From: Geosiphon pyriformis uo1
Taxonomy: Eukaryota; Fungi; Glomeromycota
Assembly: GCA_016748015.1 (NCBI GenBank)
Contig: JAAOMT010000618.1
Span: 91,054-155,053, forward strand
DNA length: 64,000 nucleotides
Direction of reading: 5' to 3'
Of this stretch, positions 1-13,648 are shown in pieces. The first letter of the stretch is position 1. Every line of letters begins with the position of its first letter. The notes beneath the pieces are model-generated. The model had not been told where the DNA came from. It did no database searches and saw nothing but the letters and a program-made list of their open reading frames with translations. The position numbers and the translations under genes were made by a program.

Positions 1-1874
1 TTGCTTGAACTTTATTACTGAATTTCTCTTTTTTCATGTGAGAAACTAGAATAAAACTCTAGAAAGTGTGTTTTATTAAATATCGACTTTCTGCAGAAGT
101 CGTCATAAAAATTCGTTAAAAAAATCAATAGCAAATGCTAATTCTAGAAGACGTGTTAAAAAGTGAAGTTTAAATAATTTATCTCATGTTAGCTCTGATC
201 TTTTGGATACACAGCTTTAAATATTTAAGTTTTCTTATTTATTTTTACTTTTTTCCACTTGCCTTATTATAAAACTTGAACCTATTTCAGCATTAAAAAT
301 TAGTGATAGTTTTTACAAAGTCTTATTTATTTTATAATTGTTTCTTAAATTTAAATATTCTTTTTAAATAAATTAATAATTGAAATTCTAAAAACATCTT
401 AATTTTATAATTAATTATTTTAAATTAAATTAAAACTAAATTAGCGTAAATTAATTTTCAAAAGCATATTGAATAGTTTTAAATTAATTTTATTTATGCA
501 ATAAATACTTATTTATGTTTTGTATATAATTTCGTCCATTTAAGTTTTGATTTGGTATTATTACTATTGTTATAGTTTAGAATATCTTTATTGTTTTAAC
601 TAAATATAATTATTTTATTATTTAAACTACATATGTTTTCTATATATGACTAATTACTCAGATTTATATTAAGACTACATTAATTAAACACTAAAATTTT
701 TTTAGTTGTTTTTATTTTTTTAACAAAACTATTTTAATGTTTTTTAAAAAAAAGTCTTATTAATTCAAGTTTCTTTAATTATTTTATTGTATTTTAATAT
801 AGAATTCAGAACATTTCACAAAATTATTATTATTATTATATAGTCTAAATTAATAAGTGTGTTAACAAATATCATAAGAATAATTATATTTTTCAATTTA
901 TTTATAAATTTTATTAATTAAAATACTAGATTCTATATTTAATATATTATTTTTTATAAATGCAATCTAAAACAATATTAACTTAATAATAAATTGTGTT
1001 AAAAAGTTAGCTGAATTAACCACAATTAGAACCAATTTTTGAATTTAAAATTTTAAAAAAAAGTTTTTTTTAACTTTATATTAAATATATTAGTAATTAC
1101 TTATAATTTTGTAAAATAATTAACAGCTTAAAATAAAAAATAAAGCCAAAAAATTGGATTAAATTAATGTTTTTAAGACCAAATGCCCTAAAATTAAAGT
1201 AACAAATTAATAAATAAAAAAGTAAAACAATATAAAATTAGCAAAAAAATAAATTAAATAATTAATATATATATTTATTTTTAAAAATTTAAATAAAAAA
1301 ATTAATACAATTTATTATAAAAGTATATTTCAATTAAAATTTTTAAAATATAATAACAAATATTAATTATTTTTAACAGTCTTAAAATAAAAATTAATAT
1401 AATTATAATAATTAGTACTACTTTTAATTTTGTTATAATTTTGACTAATCTGTTAAAAATCTTGTTTTTTTTAAGATTAAAATAAATTTTAATTAGTTAA
1501 ATAATAATAATTTAAGTATTATTAAGATATTTTTTTAAGTAATTAAACTTTTAATTTTAATATTAAAAATATTATAAAAAAAACCAAATTGTTTTTAACT
1601 GAATTTATTTTTAAGAATCAAAATTTAATTAATAAATTAGATAAATTAAATTTATTTTTGATTCTTTTTGGTTTAATTTAATTTAGTTTTAACTAGTTTA
1701 AATAACTAATTATATGAAAAAAATACATAAATTATAATTATTTTATATTATAGACTATATTTTATTAAAACAATAAAATAATAATATAATAAAAAACAGT
1801 ATTAGAAATTCTGAAAATTTTAAAAATATTATTTAAATAACAAAAATTAATTTATATATTAAAATAAAAATATA

Positions 1875-2701
1875 TATTATTATTAACATTAAATTGTTAT
1901 TAGATTTATTATCAATCTAAATTAATAAATTTAATAAATTAATTTATTTTTAAAATATTTTTTTATATTTTAGATTATTGTTGCTGTTAAATTTATAATA
2001 AAATAACCAATTTTATGCTAATTATTTTGTATATTTATTTTGTAATAAAAGTTAACTTTTTATAAAAAAATCTTAATTGTTAATTTTTTAATAATATGTA
2101 ATTATTTTGTTATAAAAATTAATTTTTTTATAGAAAATTTTAACTGTAAACTACTTAATAATATAAGAAAAAAATATAAAATATAAAAAAAATTGTTTTT
2201 AACTTAGACTTGAAATTAATTAAATACTTATTAAAATTAATAGCTAATTAATTTTAGAATATTAATTAAAATTTGTAAATTTTAAACAATAATAATTATA
2301 TAAATATTTATTTATTTATTTATTTTAAGCTAAAAATATATTTTTTTAAAGAAAAAAGTTTTTCTTTAAGACAATTTATTATAATATTATTTTATAATTT
2401 AGCACTTTTTTTTGCTAATATTTTGGTAAATTAAAATATATTTTGACAAATTACAAGTTATTTTTATAAATTATTAATTATTTTTATAAATTATTAAATA
2501 TTTTAAATATTTTAGTAAATTTTTAACTGTTATATAGTTTGGTATATTAAATAATCTAATTATTGCATTTAATTATATTTGTGTATTATACAAATTAGAT
2601 TATTAATTAAATAGTAATATTTAATAATTTGTTAAAATAATAAAAAAACATTATAAAAATAATTTTATGCTAATTAATAATTTATATTTTTATTAATAAC
2701 A
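1875..2701 (-). mobile_element. Fossil (hyper-AT-mutated) LTR of the gypsy B family
   Basis: The reverse complement begins TGTTATTAATAAAAATATAAATTATTAATTAGCATAAAATTATTTTTATAAT, compared with the B LTR start TGTTACCAATAGAATTTTAGCTATTAATTAGCACGAAATTATCTTCATAAT. 2231-2267 matches LTR ACTAACGTTTTGAAATTGATTAGCTACCAATTTCA after C->T/G->A. 1875-2016 matches the fossil at 14030-14160. The left boundary is approximate. Confidence 0.75.
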
Positions 2702-4293
2702 ATATTAATAAATTTAAAATTATATTATATGTTAAAAATATAAAAATTTATGAAAAAAAGCTTTTTTTTTGTTAATAATTAAGCAAAAAATAAAAAAATT
2801 GCAATTTTTTTATTTTTTAAAGTATTTAAAATATCGTTATTGATAAAATATTTATAATTATTAAAACTGCTTAATAATATTTTAAGAATTTTTTCTAAAT
2901 AATAAAATAAAATAAAATCAAAACACTATTTTTAATTTTAAATAGAAATTTTTTTTGTAAAAAATAAAATATTAACTTTAATTAGTTTTTTGATAATTAT
3001 ACTAATTTTATTTTAATTATATTAATTATAATATTTAATTTGAATTTAATTATAAATAATAATTTTTTTTTTTGAATAATAATAAAAATTGTTTATCAAA
3101 GCTATTTTTTAACTATATTATTTAATATATTAGTTTTTGGCTAATTATTATTGATTTTATAAGCAAATTAAGTTATGTTTTTGTTTATGTTTTTAATTAA
3201 TTATCTTATTAAGTTATTTAATTTTAAGAATTAAACTAATTAAATAAAAATAAAAGCTATTTTTTCTGTTTTTAGTAATATTATTTTTAAAAAATTATTA
3301 ATTATTAAAAATTTTGTTTATAAAATATTTTTAAAGAAACACTGCAGATTAATATTTAAATTCAAGTTATTTAAGCAATTATTATCTGGTTTCAGATGTA
3401 AAAAATCTTTAAATATAATAATTTAAGTCTTAAAAAATTGTTTGAAATCAGTCCAAAACTGTTTATTTATTAATTTTAAAAAATAAAAAATAAAAAAAAA
3501 TAGATTTTTCAAAATTTAAAAGCCATAATAATTTTTAAAAAACAAAAAAAAAATTGGTTTAACATTAATTATTTTATTGTAATATTAAAAAATTAAAAAT
3601 TATATTTTTTAAAATATTATTTAAGATCTTCGAATATTTAGAAAGAATTTATTTAATTAATTATTTAAAGATATAATTTTAGCTAAAATTTTTTTGCAAA
3701 ATATTTATTGTCAAATTATATTTCTTAAAAGAAAAAAGCTTTTTTTATACAAGTTTTTATTGTATTATTCTATGTTTTTAAACTTTTTGTTTTTATTAAG
3801 ATATTTGCTAAATATAAATTTTAATAAACTATTTATTATTTCGAAAAATTTTAGTTAATTTTAACTTAAATTGATTAAACTTTGTCTAAATTACTTAAAA
3901 TCTATAAATTTCAGCTTAAACTATTTAAAATTTCTTTGTATTTAAAGTTTAAAATTTTATATATTTTAATTATAGTATTTTATTATACTTATAAATTAAA
4001 AATAATTTTGTACTAATTTAATATAAAAATTAAAATATTATAATAAATTATATTAATTTTTTTAGTCTATATTTAATTTATAATTTTGATAATTTTAATT
4101 AAATAGTTTGGTTTTTATTATTTTGTATTTTTTAATTAATTTTTATTTAGTAATTAATAATTCTGTTTTGTTTTAATTATTTTTAACAGTAATTATTATT
4201 TATATTCCAGCTGATAATATTAATATTAAATTTTATATAATAAAATTAATTTAATAATCAGATTATACTTGGTAATAAATAAAAAAATTTATA

Positions 4294-4295
<2 letters not shown>

Positions 4296-4332
<37 letters not shown>
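4296..4332. repeat. (AAT)n microsatellite
   Basis: About 12 perfect AAT units seen directly. Confidence 0.95.
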
Positions 4333-4334
<2 letters not shown>

Positions 4335-4347
4335 TACATAATAAATA

Positions 4348-5099
4348 GGTTGTATATAGGCGGCTGTCAGTTACAGTTAGAAAAAGGCTGTATAGCAGAA
4401 GTTATTCTGGTGTTTTGTGTTTGTTATGTGGCAGAATAGAGTTTTCTGATCATGTTTTTGCTTGTTTTGGTGACTCTAGTCTCCATAGAAACATTTTGGT
4501 TGAAGTTGTTGAAAAATGGATGTCGATGTCTGGTCTTTCGAGTTTATCTCCATCTGCTATTTTGCTTTCACTCTTGTCATGTTCTTCGAATATGGGTCTT
4601 TATACAGTAGTGTACAAGAGTTTTGTAATAAGTAATTGGTATGCTGAAGCTGTTTTAGTTTTTGAGAGAAAAAAAAAAGCTACTTAGGCCCTAGTGGAAT
4701 TCGTCAGATTTGTGGTGAAGTTGCAGTGCACTTAGATATGGGCTGTTAGGACCAAGCATAGAGTGGAGATGGAAAAGACTGATTTGGTTGGAGATAATGG
4801 TGTAATTTCTGGCTTGTTCAACAGTGTAGTTTTTATGTTGTCAGCTGGTATTGTCCATATGCTTGGTGTTATAGAATCTTTTGCTGTTAAGTTTGATAGG
4901 CACAAATTGTGTCATTTTTTTTTTGGTTTAGATGGTGATGTTTTTGTTACCATAGGTGTATAGTGTTGTCTTGTTTGGCCCAAGTGGTTGGTTATATGTA
5001 GTCTGTACATGAACTGTATTTAGTTGGTTCTACTTAGTTTGGTTTTATGTACTAGATAGCAGTTGGACTTCACTCGTAAAACTTGTAATAAAAAAAATA
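4348..5099 (+). mobile_element. 5'-truncated LINE (ORF2 C-terminal zinc finger, 3' UTR, poly-A)
   Basis: Translates VYRRLSVTVRKRLYSRSYSGVLCLLCGRIEFSDHVFAC (CCHC) and continues to the stop at 4963. The 3' UTR ends GGACTTCACTCGTAAAACTTGTAAT(A)n, close to the LINE end at 30106-30240. Possible low-complexity TSD ATAATAAATA at 4338-4347 and 5100-5109. Confidence 0.9.
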
Positions 5100-5580
5100 A
5101 TAATAAATATAAATTGTATTAAATACATAAAAAAATTGCCAAATTTTATTTGAAAACATAAATATTTTAAATAAAATTTGATATAATTAATATTAAAATA
5201 AAATAAATTTTTTATTAATGTATTAAATTAATTATTTTAAATTTTAAATTTTAAATTAGTTATAATTCATGTATTTTTATATGTAATTAGATATAAATTT
5301 AATTTAAATTAAATAATATTGAAATTAAAAAAAAACTTATTCTAAGAAAATATTTTATTTATAAAAAAACAACCAAAATATAATTATTAAAAACTATTTT
5401 ACTTATCTATTTGATAATATTATTTGTATTTAGCTTAATATTAAAACTTTAAAAATTTCAAAAAATTATTGTATTAATAGAAACTTCTATTATCAAATAT
5501 ATTTATATTATTATTGTTTTTAACTTTATATTTTATCTAAAGTTTAGTAATTATTACATACAATTTATTTAATTTATTAC

Positions 5581-5860
5581 TATTACCAATCGAAAATTGA
5601 GTTATTAATTAGCATAGATTATTTTTATAATTTTTATTATTAATTAGTATATATTATTATTTTAACTTATTATTTATTATTTTATTAAATTACCAAATAT
5701 TATTATTCAATTAATAATTCAATTTATATAATACACAAGTATAATTAAAGACAATAATCAAATTATATAATATTTTAAATTATATAACATTAAGAATTTA
5801 CATTTAAAAATTTATCAAAATATTTAATAATTTGTTAAAATAATTTATAGTTATTATAAT
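5581..5860 (+). mobile_element. Left part of a fossil gypsy-B 5' LTR, cut by the LINE insertion
   Basis: TATTACCAATCGAAAATTGAGTTATTAATTAGCATAGATTATTTTTATAATTTTTATTATTAATTAGTAT aligns to the LTR start at 41655. The alignment resumes at 13649, after the LINE. Confidence 0.8.
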
Positions 5861-5993
5861 TTTTTTTTTAAACTGTTTAATGAATGAAGTCCAACCACTA
5901 TTTAGTACATAGAGCCAGACTAAATGGCTCAAACTAAATGTGATTCACATACTTTCTACATGTGGCTAGCCATTCAGACCAGACAAAGCAACA

Positions 5994-8900
5994 CTATGCA
6001 CTAACACAAACACAAGGATTACCATCCAAACCCGAAAAAAAAAGGCAAGGCCTGTGATGGCCGAAACCAATAGAAAAAGACTCAGTAATGCCAAGCAACC
6101 TAACCACACTGTCAGAAAGCACAAAAGACATACTATGTGATAGACCCAACACCAAGCTATTGTCACTGACCAAGTTAGCTCTCTCCATGTCTGACCTAAA
6201 CTTAGATCTAACTAACCACACCCTAGAACAATGCAACTTAACCAAAAACCTTACAAAATTAATAACTACACAAGAAGTTTTCTTAATATCATCGAAAACA
6301 CCAGCCACTTCAGCACACCAACTCTTCATCACAAATTCTTTACACAAAACCGAATATCTGCCAACATTCAAAAGACAAGAATTAAGAACCTGAAAAACAG
6401 AAGAAGAAGACAGGTTGCAAATGCCAACCAGAAAAACCCAATGTGCTAAAGTCTCCAATAGAATCTCCTTATGAGTGTGAACATCTTGTGGACAAGAGAA
6501 AACATGGTTGGGCAATTCCACCTCCCCACACAACAAGCATTGAACACCTGGATAACATCTATCATACAACCTTTTTCTGACTGCTACTAACAACCTCCTA
6601 TGTAAAGCCTTCATCAAATATGTATGAAAATCTGCCAATTTTTGGCTGGTAAACCCAACAAGCATGTGTGAGTCAGGATGTCAGATCCTTACAAAAGAAA
6701 CCCAATCAAAATTCCCTAATATGTCAACAGAAACCACATTACGGCCTGGACCAACTTCCCAATGAGTGCGACAAACGGACCTAAATAAATCTCTGACAAA
6801 GTGATGAGCATTGCCCAAGACCACAGTGTTTTCAGCCACCAAAAAACGTTCACAGACCCTCACCGGTAAAACATAGAAAGAGCCAGCAGCCTCATCTGCA
6901 AATCTGTCAGCTTTTACATTACCAGAAACACCAGCATAGCCTCTGACCTTGGCCCAACTTACACTAAGATTCTTATCCCTAATCAAATTAAAAACATGCC
7001 TATGCTTAACCCAACAGCAGTTGTGAAAATCCAAAACCTCAGATGACAACTCAGAAACACATGCATCAATAGCAGCTTGACTGTCAAGAAACAAGAGCAC
7101 TGAACAAGAGAATAAAACACATTCCAAAGCAAAAGTAACAGCTTGCAACTCAGCCATAGTAGAAGACAAGAGGCCACAAACCCTGACACCAATGCTCAAA
7201 TCCAAAGCCAGAAAATATGCAGCAGCACCACTCAACACATTAGCAGAACCAGCACCCATTAATGACCCATTTGTGTAAACCTCAAAACAGCCAGACCAGA
7301 CCCCATGTAAACCATCCCACACAGAGGAAAACACATCAGATTTCAAAATATTCAAACCACAAAAATAAACAGTGCCAGAAGAGCCAGAAGAGCCAGAGGA
7401 GAAGAAACCCTTATCCAGCAAATACTTAGATACAACCACAAACCAAAGAGGCACTGGGCCCCATGGATCTAACTGTTTTCAATAACGAAAAGTCTTTTAA
7501 TCCAACAGAACACCCTTTTTATCGAAGATCCAATCTCCAAAAGCAACACCATAATATTTAAGAGACCAAACAGAATCAAAGTACAAAGACTCCCCAAGAA
7601 TCAAAGACATCGAAAAATGATCAGGATGACAAAAAGCATTAGGGAGGTTGTTCACCAAAGAGAAACCATTGTCCAAAAAAATCTTCACTACATCTGCCAA
7701 AAAATTATTCACCAGACTAACACACAGCTTAACAGGAGCTTGAAGAGGATTCAAGAAAGCCTACCCCTGGACCTGCAAGTCCAGACACCTATGTTTAAAC
7801 AAATAACCAAGGATGCCAGGGACATTAGAAAAGAAAATTAAAGAGGCCACTTTTGCCTTAGATTGCACTTGCTCAAAAGACTTCAAGCCATATAGAGAGG
7901 GATGATGCAGAGCAGCATCAAGAAAATCACAGGGTAGATGTGCCTTGGACTTGAAGCCTTTTTTAACCAAAATGTCTCACTTGCAGCAAACACCAGATGA
8001 AACAAAACTGAACTGTGTTCAGTAACTAACAATGGGCTGTAAAGCAGCCAAGACCAAATAAGAAAACTGTTTATCCATAATTACTTTCCTTAGCACTGTG
8101 TGGACAAAAAAACAAACATCTGAGTGAGCCTTGGCCAAACTCGGTTTGGACAACTCTTCAGTTGATAAAAAAATATCCAAATATCTGTGAACTTTGCCCT
8201 TCTTGGTGATAAAGATTGGCTGACCACTTATACTTAAAAAAACAAACCTAACATCCTAATTAATTAGTATAGTCACCATTTTTTCATTGTTTATAGAAAT
8301 GTTGTTGATAGAGAAGAAATCACTAGCAATATTCAAAGCATACTGCATGGAAGATTGGCAATCCCCAACCCAAATCATATCATTCACAAAAGCACCAACA
8401 GCAAAGAATGAAGACATCCCACCACTATTCTTGATCCTGCCAGTTTTTGTCACAAACTTCATATCAATATGATATCCACACAAATGTTCATGTCTTTTAA
8501 CCTTACACAAGAGTGGATCATAGAAAATTCACCAAAGAAGAGGCAAAAAGATCTTACCTTGATCAAGGCCATCATGTACTCTGTAACCATTTGAGAGACC
8601 AAAATCAGTCATCACTCTATTAACTCTGTCCTCATGAATCCCACCAAAAAATTCAACAAATCTGTCACACATTTTAATACAACGCAGACTAGTCCTCAAA
8701 TGGTGCCAACCAACAGAATTATATGCCTTGTGCATATCCTGTAACACCAACCAAAGTTCCCTATTTTTTTTGAAAGCATCTTCTACCACTGATCCAACAG
8801 CAAACACAGGAGATTGAATGGAAGTACCCTTCAGCACTGAGAAATTGTCACCATGAAGAACGTTAAACTTGCTGCACATAAATGAAATTCTGTCCGAAAA

Positions 8901-11544
8901 AATCTTAGAGAGAATTTTTCTGGCTGTTTTGATTAAGGCAATAGGGCAAGTATTTATTAGAACTCTATTCCAATCATAAGGTTTTAGAATCATTGAGACC
9001 CAGGCTCTCTTCCACAAAGCAGACACAACAGACAAACACACATTTAACAACACCAAGAGGCACTTCATCATCTTTTCACTACCATGCTTCCAAAGTTTAT
9101 TAGTAATGCCAGACAATTCAGCAGCTTTACCATCAGGCAGACCACCAATGACCAGAAGCAACTTACTTAAACTAATAACATCCATAACACCAGAAAAAGC
9201 ATCATCCCTAACATGGGCCAAAGGAGCATATTGATGGGTCCAAAGATCAGGCAGCACTGAAAACACCATCTACTTCCTTATCCAACCCTTTATAATCCTG
9301 TCAATTTTCAACTTTACCTCCTCAGACTCCAAAACAAGCTCATCATCAACCACTAAATGATCCAACACTGCCTTCCAAAATGGCCAACCTAAAACACTCC
9401 TGATTATGCTGTCCTTGTCAAAGCAAAACTTTTCCATGCGTTTCTCAATAGTCTCCTGTGCCAATTTTGATTTATACATCTTGGATTTCCTGTACTCTCT
9501 TTTGACAACTGATAAAAACTTAAAAACATCAGCCCTTTCTCAACCAGAATCAATTATGTCCACCAACACAAGAGTCTTATTAGCATCCAACATAGACCAT
9601 TTTCTCACCAGATGGTCAAAATCAGAGGTATTAGCTGAGCCAAATTTTTTGACAATTTTGACAATTAGCAACTCCAAACCCAGAAATTTAGAAGATTGTT
9701 TATTTTTTGAACAATGAAACTCATTAAACCAGCATCAGGAAAATGTCACATCTGCAGAATCTACCAAAACCTTTTCCAACAGAGATCATATAACATCCAA
9801 ATCATGATTAGCAGCAGCAGCACAAAAACTATCCATAACATCTAAAACTGCAGCAGAAGAGCAGTCTCTGAAATGAGACTATTTAGCTTCATCCACATCC
9901 TTAATATTAAACTTCCAACAATCCTTGTTAGCATGCTTGCGCAAACTATTCAAATGAACATCCAAAAGCCCACCCAATCTAACTAAAATCATAACAGCAT
10001 TGTGATTAGTGTTGAAGAAGCCCAAAACAGAGTTCACTCCATGGCCAACAACAACAGAAGCTAAATTCTTACTAATAAAAATGAAATCAATAGTTTTCTT
10101 AACCCCCCTAAAATTACCTTATGTAGGAGTCCAAACTAAAGAATGACCAGTGAATGAATTGACCAAACCCAAACTCAAGCAGAACTTGAAGCTTGCACTT
10201 CTCCCAGATTTATTTTTATTGAAGTCCCCACCCAGAATGACAAAAGTGCTAAAGTTAGCAGCCTTAGCAATGAGAGAGTTAACCTCAGAAGCCTGACCAA
10301 AATAGACACTGGAAGAAACACCAATATACAAACCAACAACAGAAACCAAAAGCTTGTTTTTGAACAAAAGCCGCACCACAACGATCTGATCAGGCACCTC
10401 CTCAACCTTAGAAACATGACAAGCCAAAGAATTGTTCATAATAACGGTGTTACAGGTGATTATTTCTGTTGTTGAATTAAATAACAAACCCATAACTTGG
10501 TGCTTAAAAGCTATTTCCATGGATAAGTTTCTGTAAGTGTGGTATCTGAAGGTTTTGATGGAGTCTTTTGTATAATGAACAGAGATTCAAGGGTGTTAAT
10601 AGTAGAGGTTTCTTTCCAAGAGTTTTCCCAATTTCTTTTTCAGCATGGTGGCTGGATTTAGTCTGGCAGTTATGCTCTTCTGGTAAGCTATCCAATAATA
10701 TATAAAATCCTACCCTTATTTCTGGGTCTTTTACCAGGCTATCCTTGACATCAATAACTTGGTGCTTAATCTTTTAATCAATTAGTATACAACAACAAAA
10801 TCAAAAAGAAAATAAAATAAAGAAAATAGAGAAAATAAGCCAAGGCAATTCGATATGTTAGTATCTTGTCAATAGCCGTGATCAAGAGCTATTGTTCCAG
10901 CATGGTTAAGTATTAATTACTATCAACATTTTATGTTGATAGTAGAGAGTGGGTTGAGATATGGAATAATTATTTATTTAATGATTAGGAACTGAAATGT
11001 TACTTATATTAAATCTAAACTGAGAGATCTGTCTTTTTAGCTTCTAATCCTACTGCTATATATACATAATTGAGATTCTTCAATTCCTTAATTTTTTATG
11101 ACAGGAATCCTGGAATTCCTGGAATCCTACAATTCCTTTGAAAGGAATTCTGGAATTCTGGAATCCTGCAATTCTTCATTGGGGAATCCTGAAATTCTTG
11201 GAATCCTGTAATTCCTGAAAGGAATCCTGAAATTCCACATTTACTATGCATATTTCTAATTGGCTAATATCTACTGACTAATAATACTATATTTTCTATA
11301 TTCTATGAGTAACAATGGCAACACCAGTGCCAAGAAAACCAACTTCCAAACCAGAAGTAAAGATATGAACACCATTATATTCACCCTTGATCCATAGACC
11401 AATAGAAGATTTCAACTTAGTCTCAGTAATAGAAGACATCATATTCCCAGAACTCACATGCCAATGAACAACGTCTGCTTGTTTTGTAGGAACATTGATA
11501 CCCCAAACATTGCATGTAGCAAATTTCCAGATCAACTCAATTAT
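5994..11544 (-). pseudogene. LINE ORF2 (AP endonuclease, RT, RNase H, CCHC finger), multiple stops, interrupted at 10448-11314
   Basis: APE: KFATCNVWGIN..ITETKL..GGDFN. RT: LQDMHKAYNSV, GLDQG, AFVND (from AFVDD). RNase H: VYTNGS, STMAELQA, DSQAAI, GNVKAD. C-terminal finger: CLLCGEVELPNHVFSC. Confidence 0.93.
10448..11314 (-). mobile_element. Solo LTR of the gypsy A family inserted in the LINE endonuclease domain
   Basis: TGTTAC...GTAACA termini. Homologous to 31032-31835 and 40246-41077. 4-bp TSD ACGG (10444-10447) / ATGG (11315-11318). Removing it restores GTGVAVIMNN. Confidence 0.95.
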
Positions 11545-13508
11545 TAAGAAGGAGAAGATACAACCAAATCCGAACCAGAACACAAAAGATCCAATTTCAT
11601 CAACACAGAACCAACTGACACTTCTAAAGCTGACAACTTAGATTCCAAACCACTGATCTTGGAGGTCAGAATCTTTGAACTACTTGGGCCAAGCTCAGCA
11701 ATAACACTATTAGAAACCAGATGAGAAGAGTTGGAAGAGGGCAATGGAGTGTCCACAGCCATATCCAAACCAGAAATTGGAACATTAAATGCAAAAACCT
11801 TCAATGAAAAGACATGGGAGGGGGCTGCCAATAACACCAACTTAATACCACTCAATCTCTTCAAAATGTCAGAAACTTGATCAGCCAAAAGCTTCAAAGA
11901 GCATTCCAATACTGCCAAATGATCATTCAGACCAGAAACATCATGAGAAAAAGAATCTACTGAGAGGACCTTTGCACCAAAGAATGCATCAGCACCATGA
12001 AGACCTGAAGACACCACATGAAAGAAAAAGCCACCAGCAATTTGGGCTTATGTCTTGCCACCAAAAGAAACTGGATGAGTAACAGAAGCCAATTTTTTCT
12101 TATAAATCTCAGCCAGACAAACACAATCTTGATCAGTTACCACTTGTCTCTCATGACTGCCAGAATTCCCATCCACTGAATAATTACCACCAACATGACC
12201 AAAATGCTTGCAAATTGCACAACAAGCCAAGAAAAGACCAGCCCAGTGCAAATTCACACCCCTAAAAACTGGGACTGAACCAGTCGCAACCAACTTGGCT
12301 GCTTCATTTTCAAAACAAACAACTGCACACCTATCACAAACATATGAATTTGAATTGTGACCAATGAAACATGTCTTTCCATTATAAGACATTAGCAAAT
12401 CAGAAAGGTCATGAGCCATAGTTCCCACAGACAATGTATAAAACAAGGCTCAATGCTGATTTCTTGATACCCACGTTTGTTTATCCTCAACAGCCAATGC
12501 TACACGAACTGAATTCTTACCCATAGAAACAGACCACATAAAAGCAACCAAACTAACTATTTCTGATGAATCAAACTCCACTAAAGCTTTTTGCCACAAG
12601 CCAATAAGCTGTATTTTGATTGAAATGATTTTGTCAAATTTGAAAAAAACTAATTCCACAGCCGATTTCGGAAGATCAACTGGAATCTCCTTGACGATTA
12701 TCTTCCAATTTGAATGAATATTTGCTTTTTTCAGATTATCATTAACTAAAATCTTCTCATTGACAGCCAATTCTCTAGCCTTATTCAGACTAATTTCAGA
12801 AGTAAAAGAGGATCTGTTGATTCCAGAAAACTTTAAGAGAGTAAAAGCTCCCCCAAAACTATCTACTCAATAAAAAAATTTTTTAATTGAAATCAACTTA
12901 TCACTATTAGTCTTTCCAGGCACATTTGACAATTCTACATCTAAGGTGAACAATTTAACTGGTTTAAAGGCACGACGTTCCAAAACATGTGAAATCACAG
13001 GTGGCAGCCAATTGAATCCAGCAAATTTAGCTCCAGAAAGCACCAATTCAGTATCATCATCACTCATGTTTGTAAAAGAAATTGTCTTTGGCAGCCATTC
13101 CAAAACAAAGGTTCTTGTTTGCATTTTTCTAGAAGTCGCATTGTCTTCTATTTCATCAGTCTCAGAAGTGTTGAGATCTATGTAACTCATCTCCTCAGCA
13201 ACCATGCTTTCCAAATTTTCAGCATCCGACACTTCACTAACACCCGCTTTCTCACTATCCACCTCACTTCCCCAAGATCTCTGCAGTTCAACACCATCAC
13301 TATGTAGCATACCCACCGAGAGCAGGCCGTCCGATGAGTCCACAATGCCACCAGAGACACCAGGCAACTTTGTTTTTTTGTATGAAGAACTATGCAAGTA
13401 TATACTCTCAATGTGCACTTTAATTTTTTTGCTGCCAGACCAGGACTCCAACCCAGCTGAATTCGAACTCAAAGCGCCAGCAGAAGAGCCCACTGGATCC
13501 ATAGGCAC
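11544..13508 (-). pseudogene. LINE ORF1 (RRM-like region, zinc knuckle, coiled coil)
   Basis: IIVKEIPVDLP..WQKALVEF (RRM-like). CAICKHFGH knuckle. C-terminal ISGLESKLSALEVSVGSVL heptads. Collinear with ORF1 of the other two LINEs. Confidence 0.85.
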
Positions 13509-13648
13509 AAATAGAGGTATATTTGAAGAAATAATGAAAGGGACAAAGGGAAAAAAGGGTAAAGAAGGCTATCTCTTCGACAACTTTAAGCTTTCATTGT
13601 GGTCAGAGGATTAATGAAAGAAAAAAGTTTAAAGTGTGTTATTATAAT

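Larger units (their letters stand above)
5861..13637 (-). mobile_element. Full-length LINE (ORF1; APE-RT-RNaseH-CCHC ORF2), decayed, carrying a solo LTR
   Basis: Poly-T at 5861-5869. 11-bp TSD GTTATTATAAT at 5850-5860 and 13638-13648. Pyrimidine-rich 5' end. About 6.9 kb once the LTR is removed. Confidence 0.95.

Noticed and set aside
3625-3850. Surviving CpGs in deserts mostly in TCGA context
   Set aside because: Flanks are forced to T/A by composition and the count is too small to infer protection.
300-4290. Centromere, organellar insert or bacterial endosymbiont DNA as explanation for the AT block
   Set aside because: No ORFs, tRNAs or satellite period were seen, and parts align to TEs in this window. 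A centromeric role cannot be judged from sequence alone.
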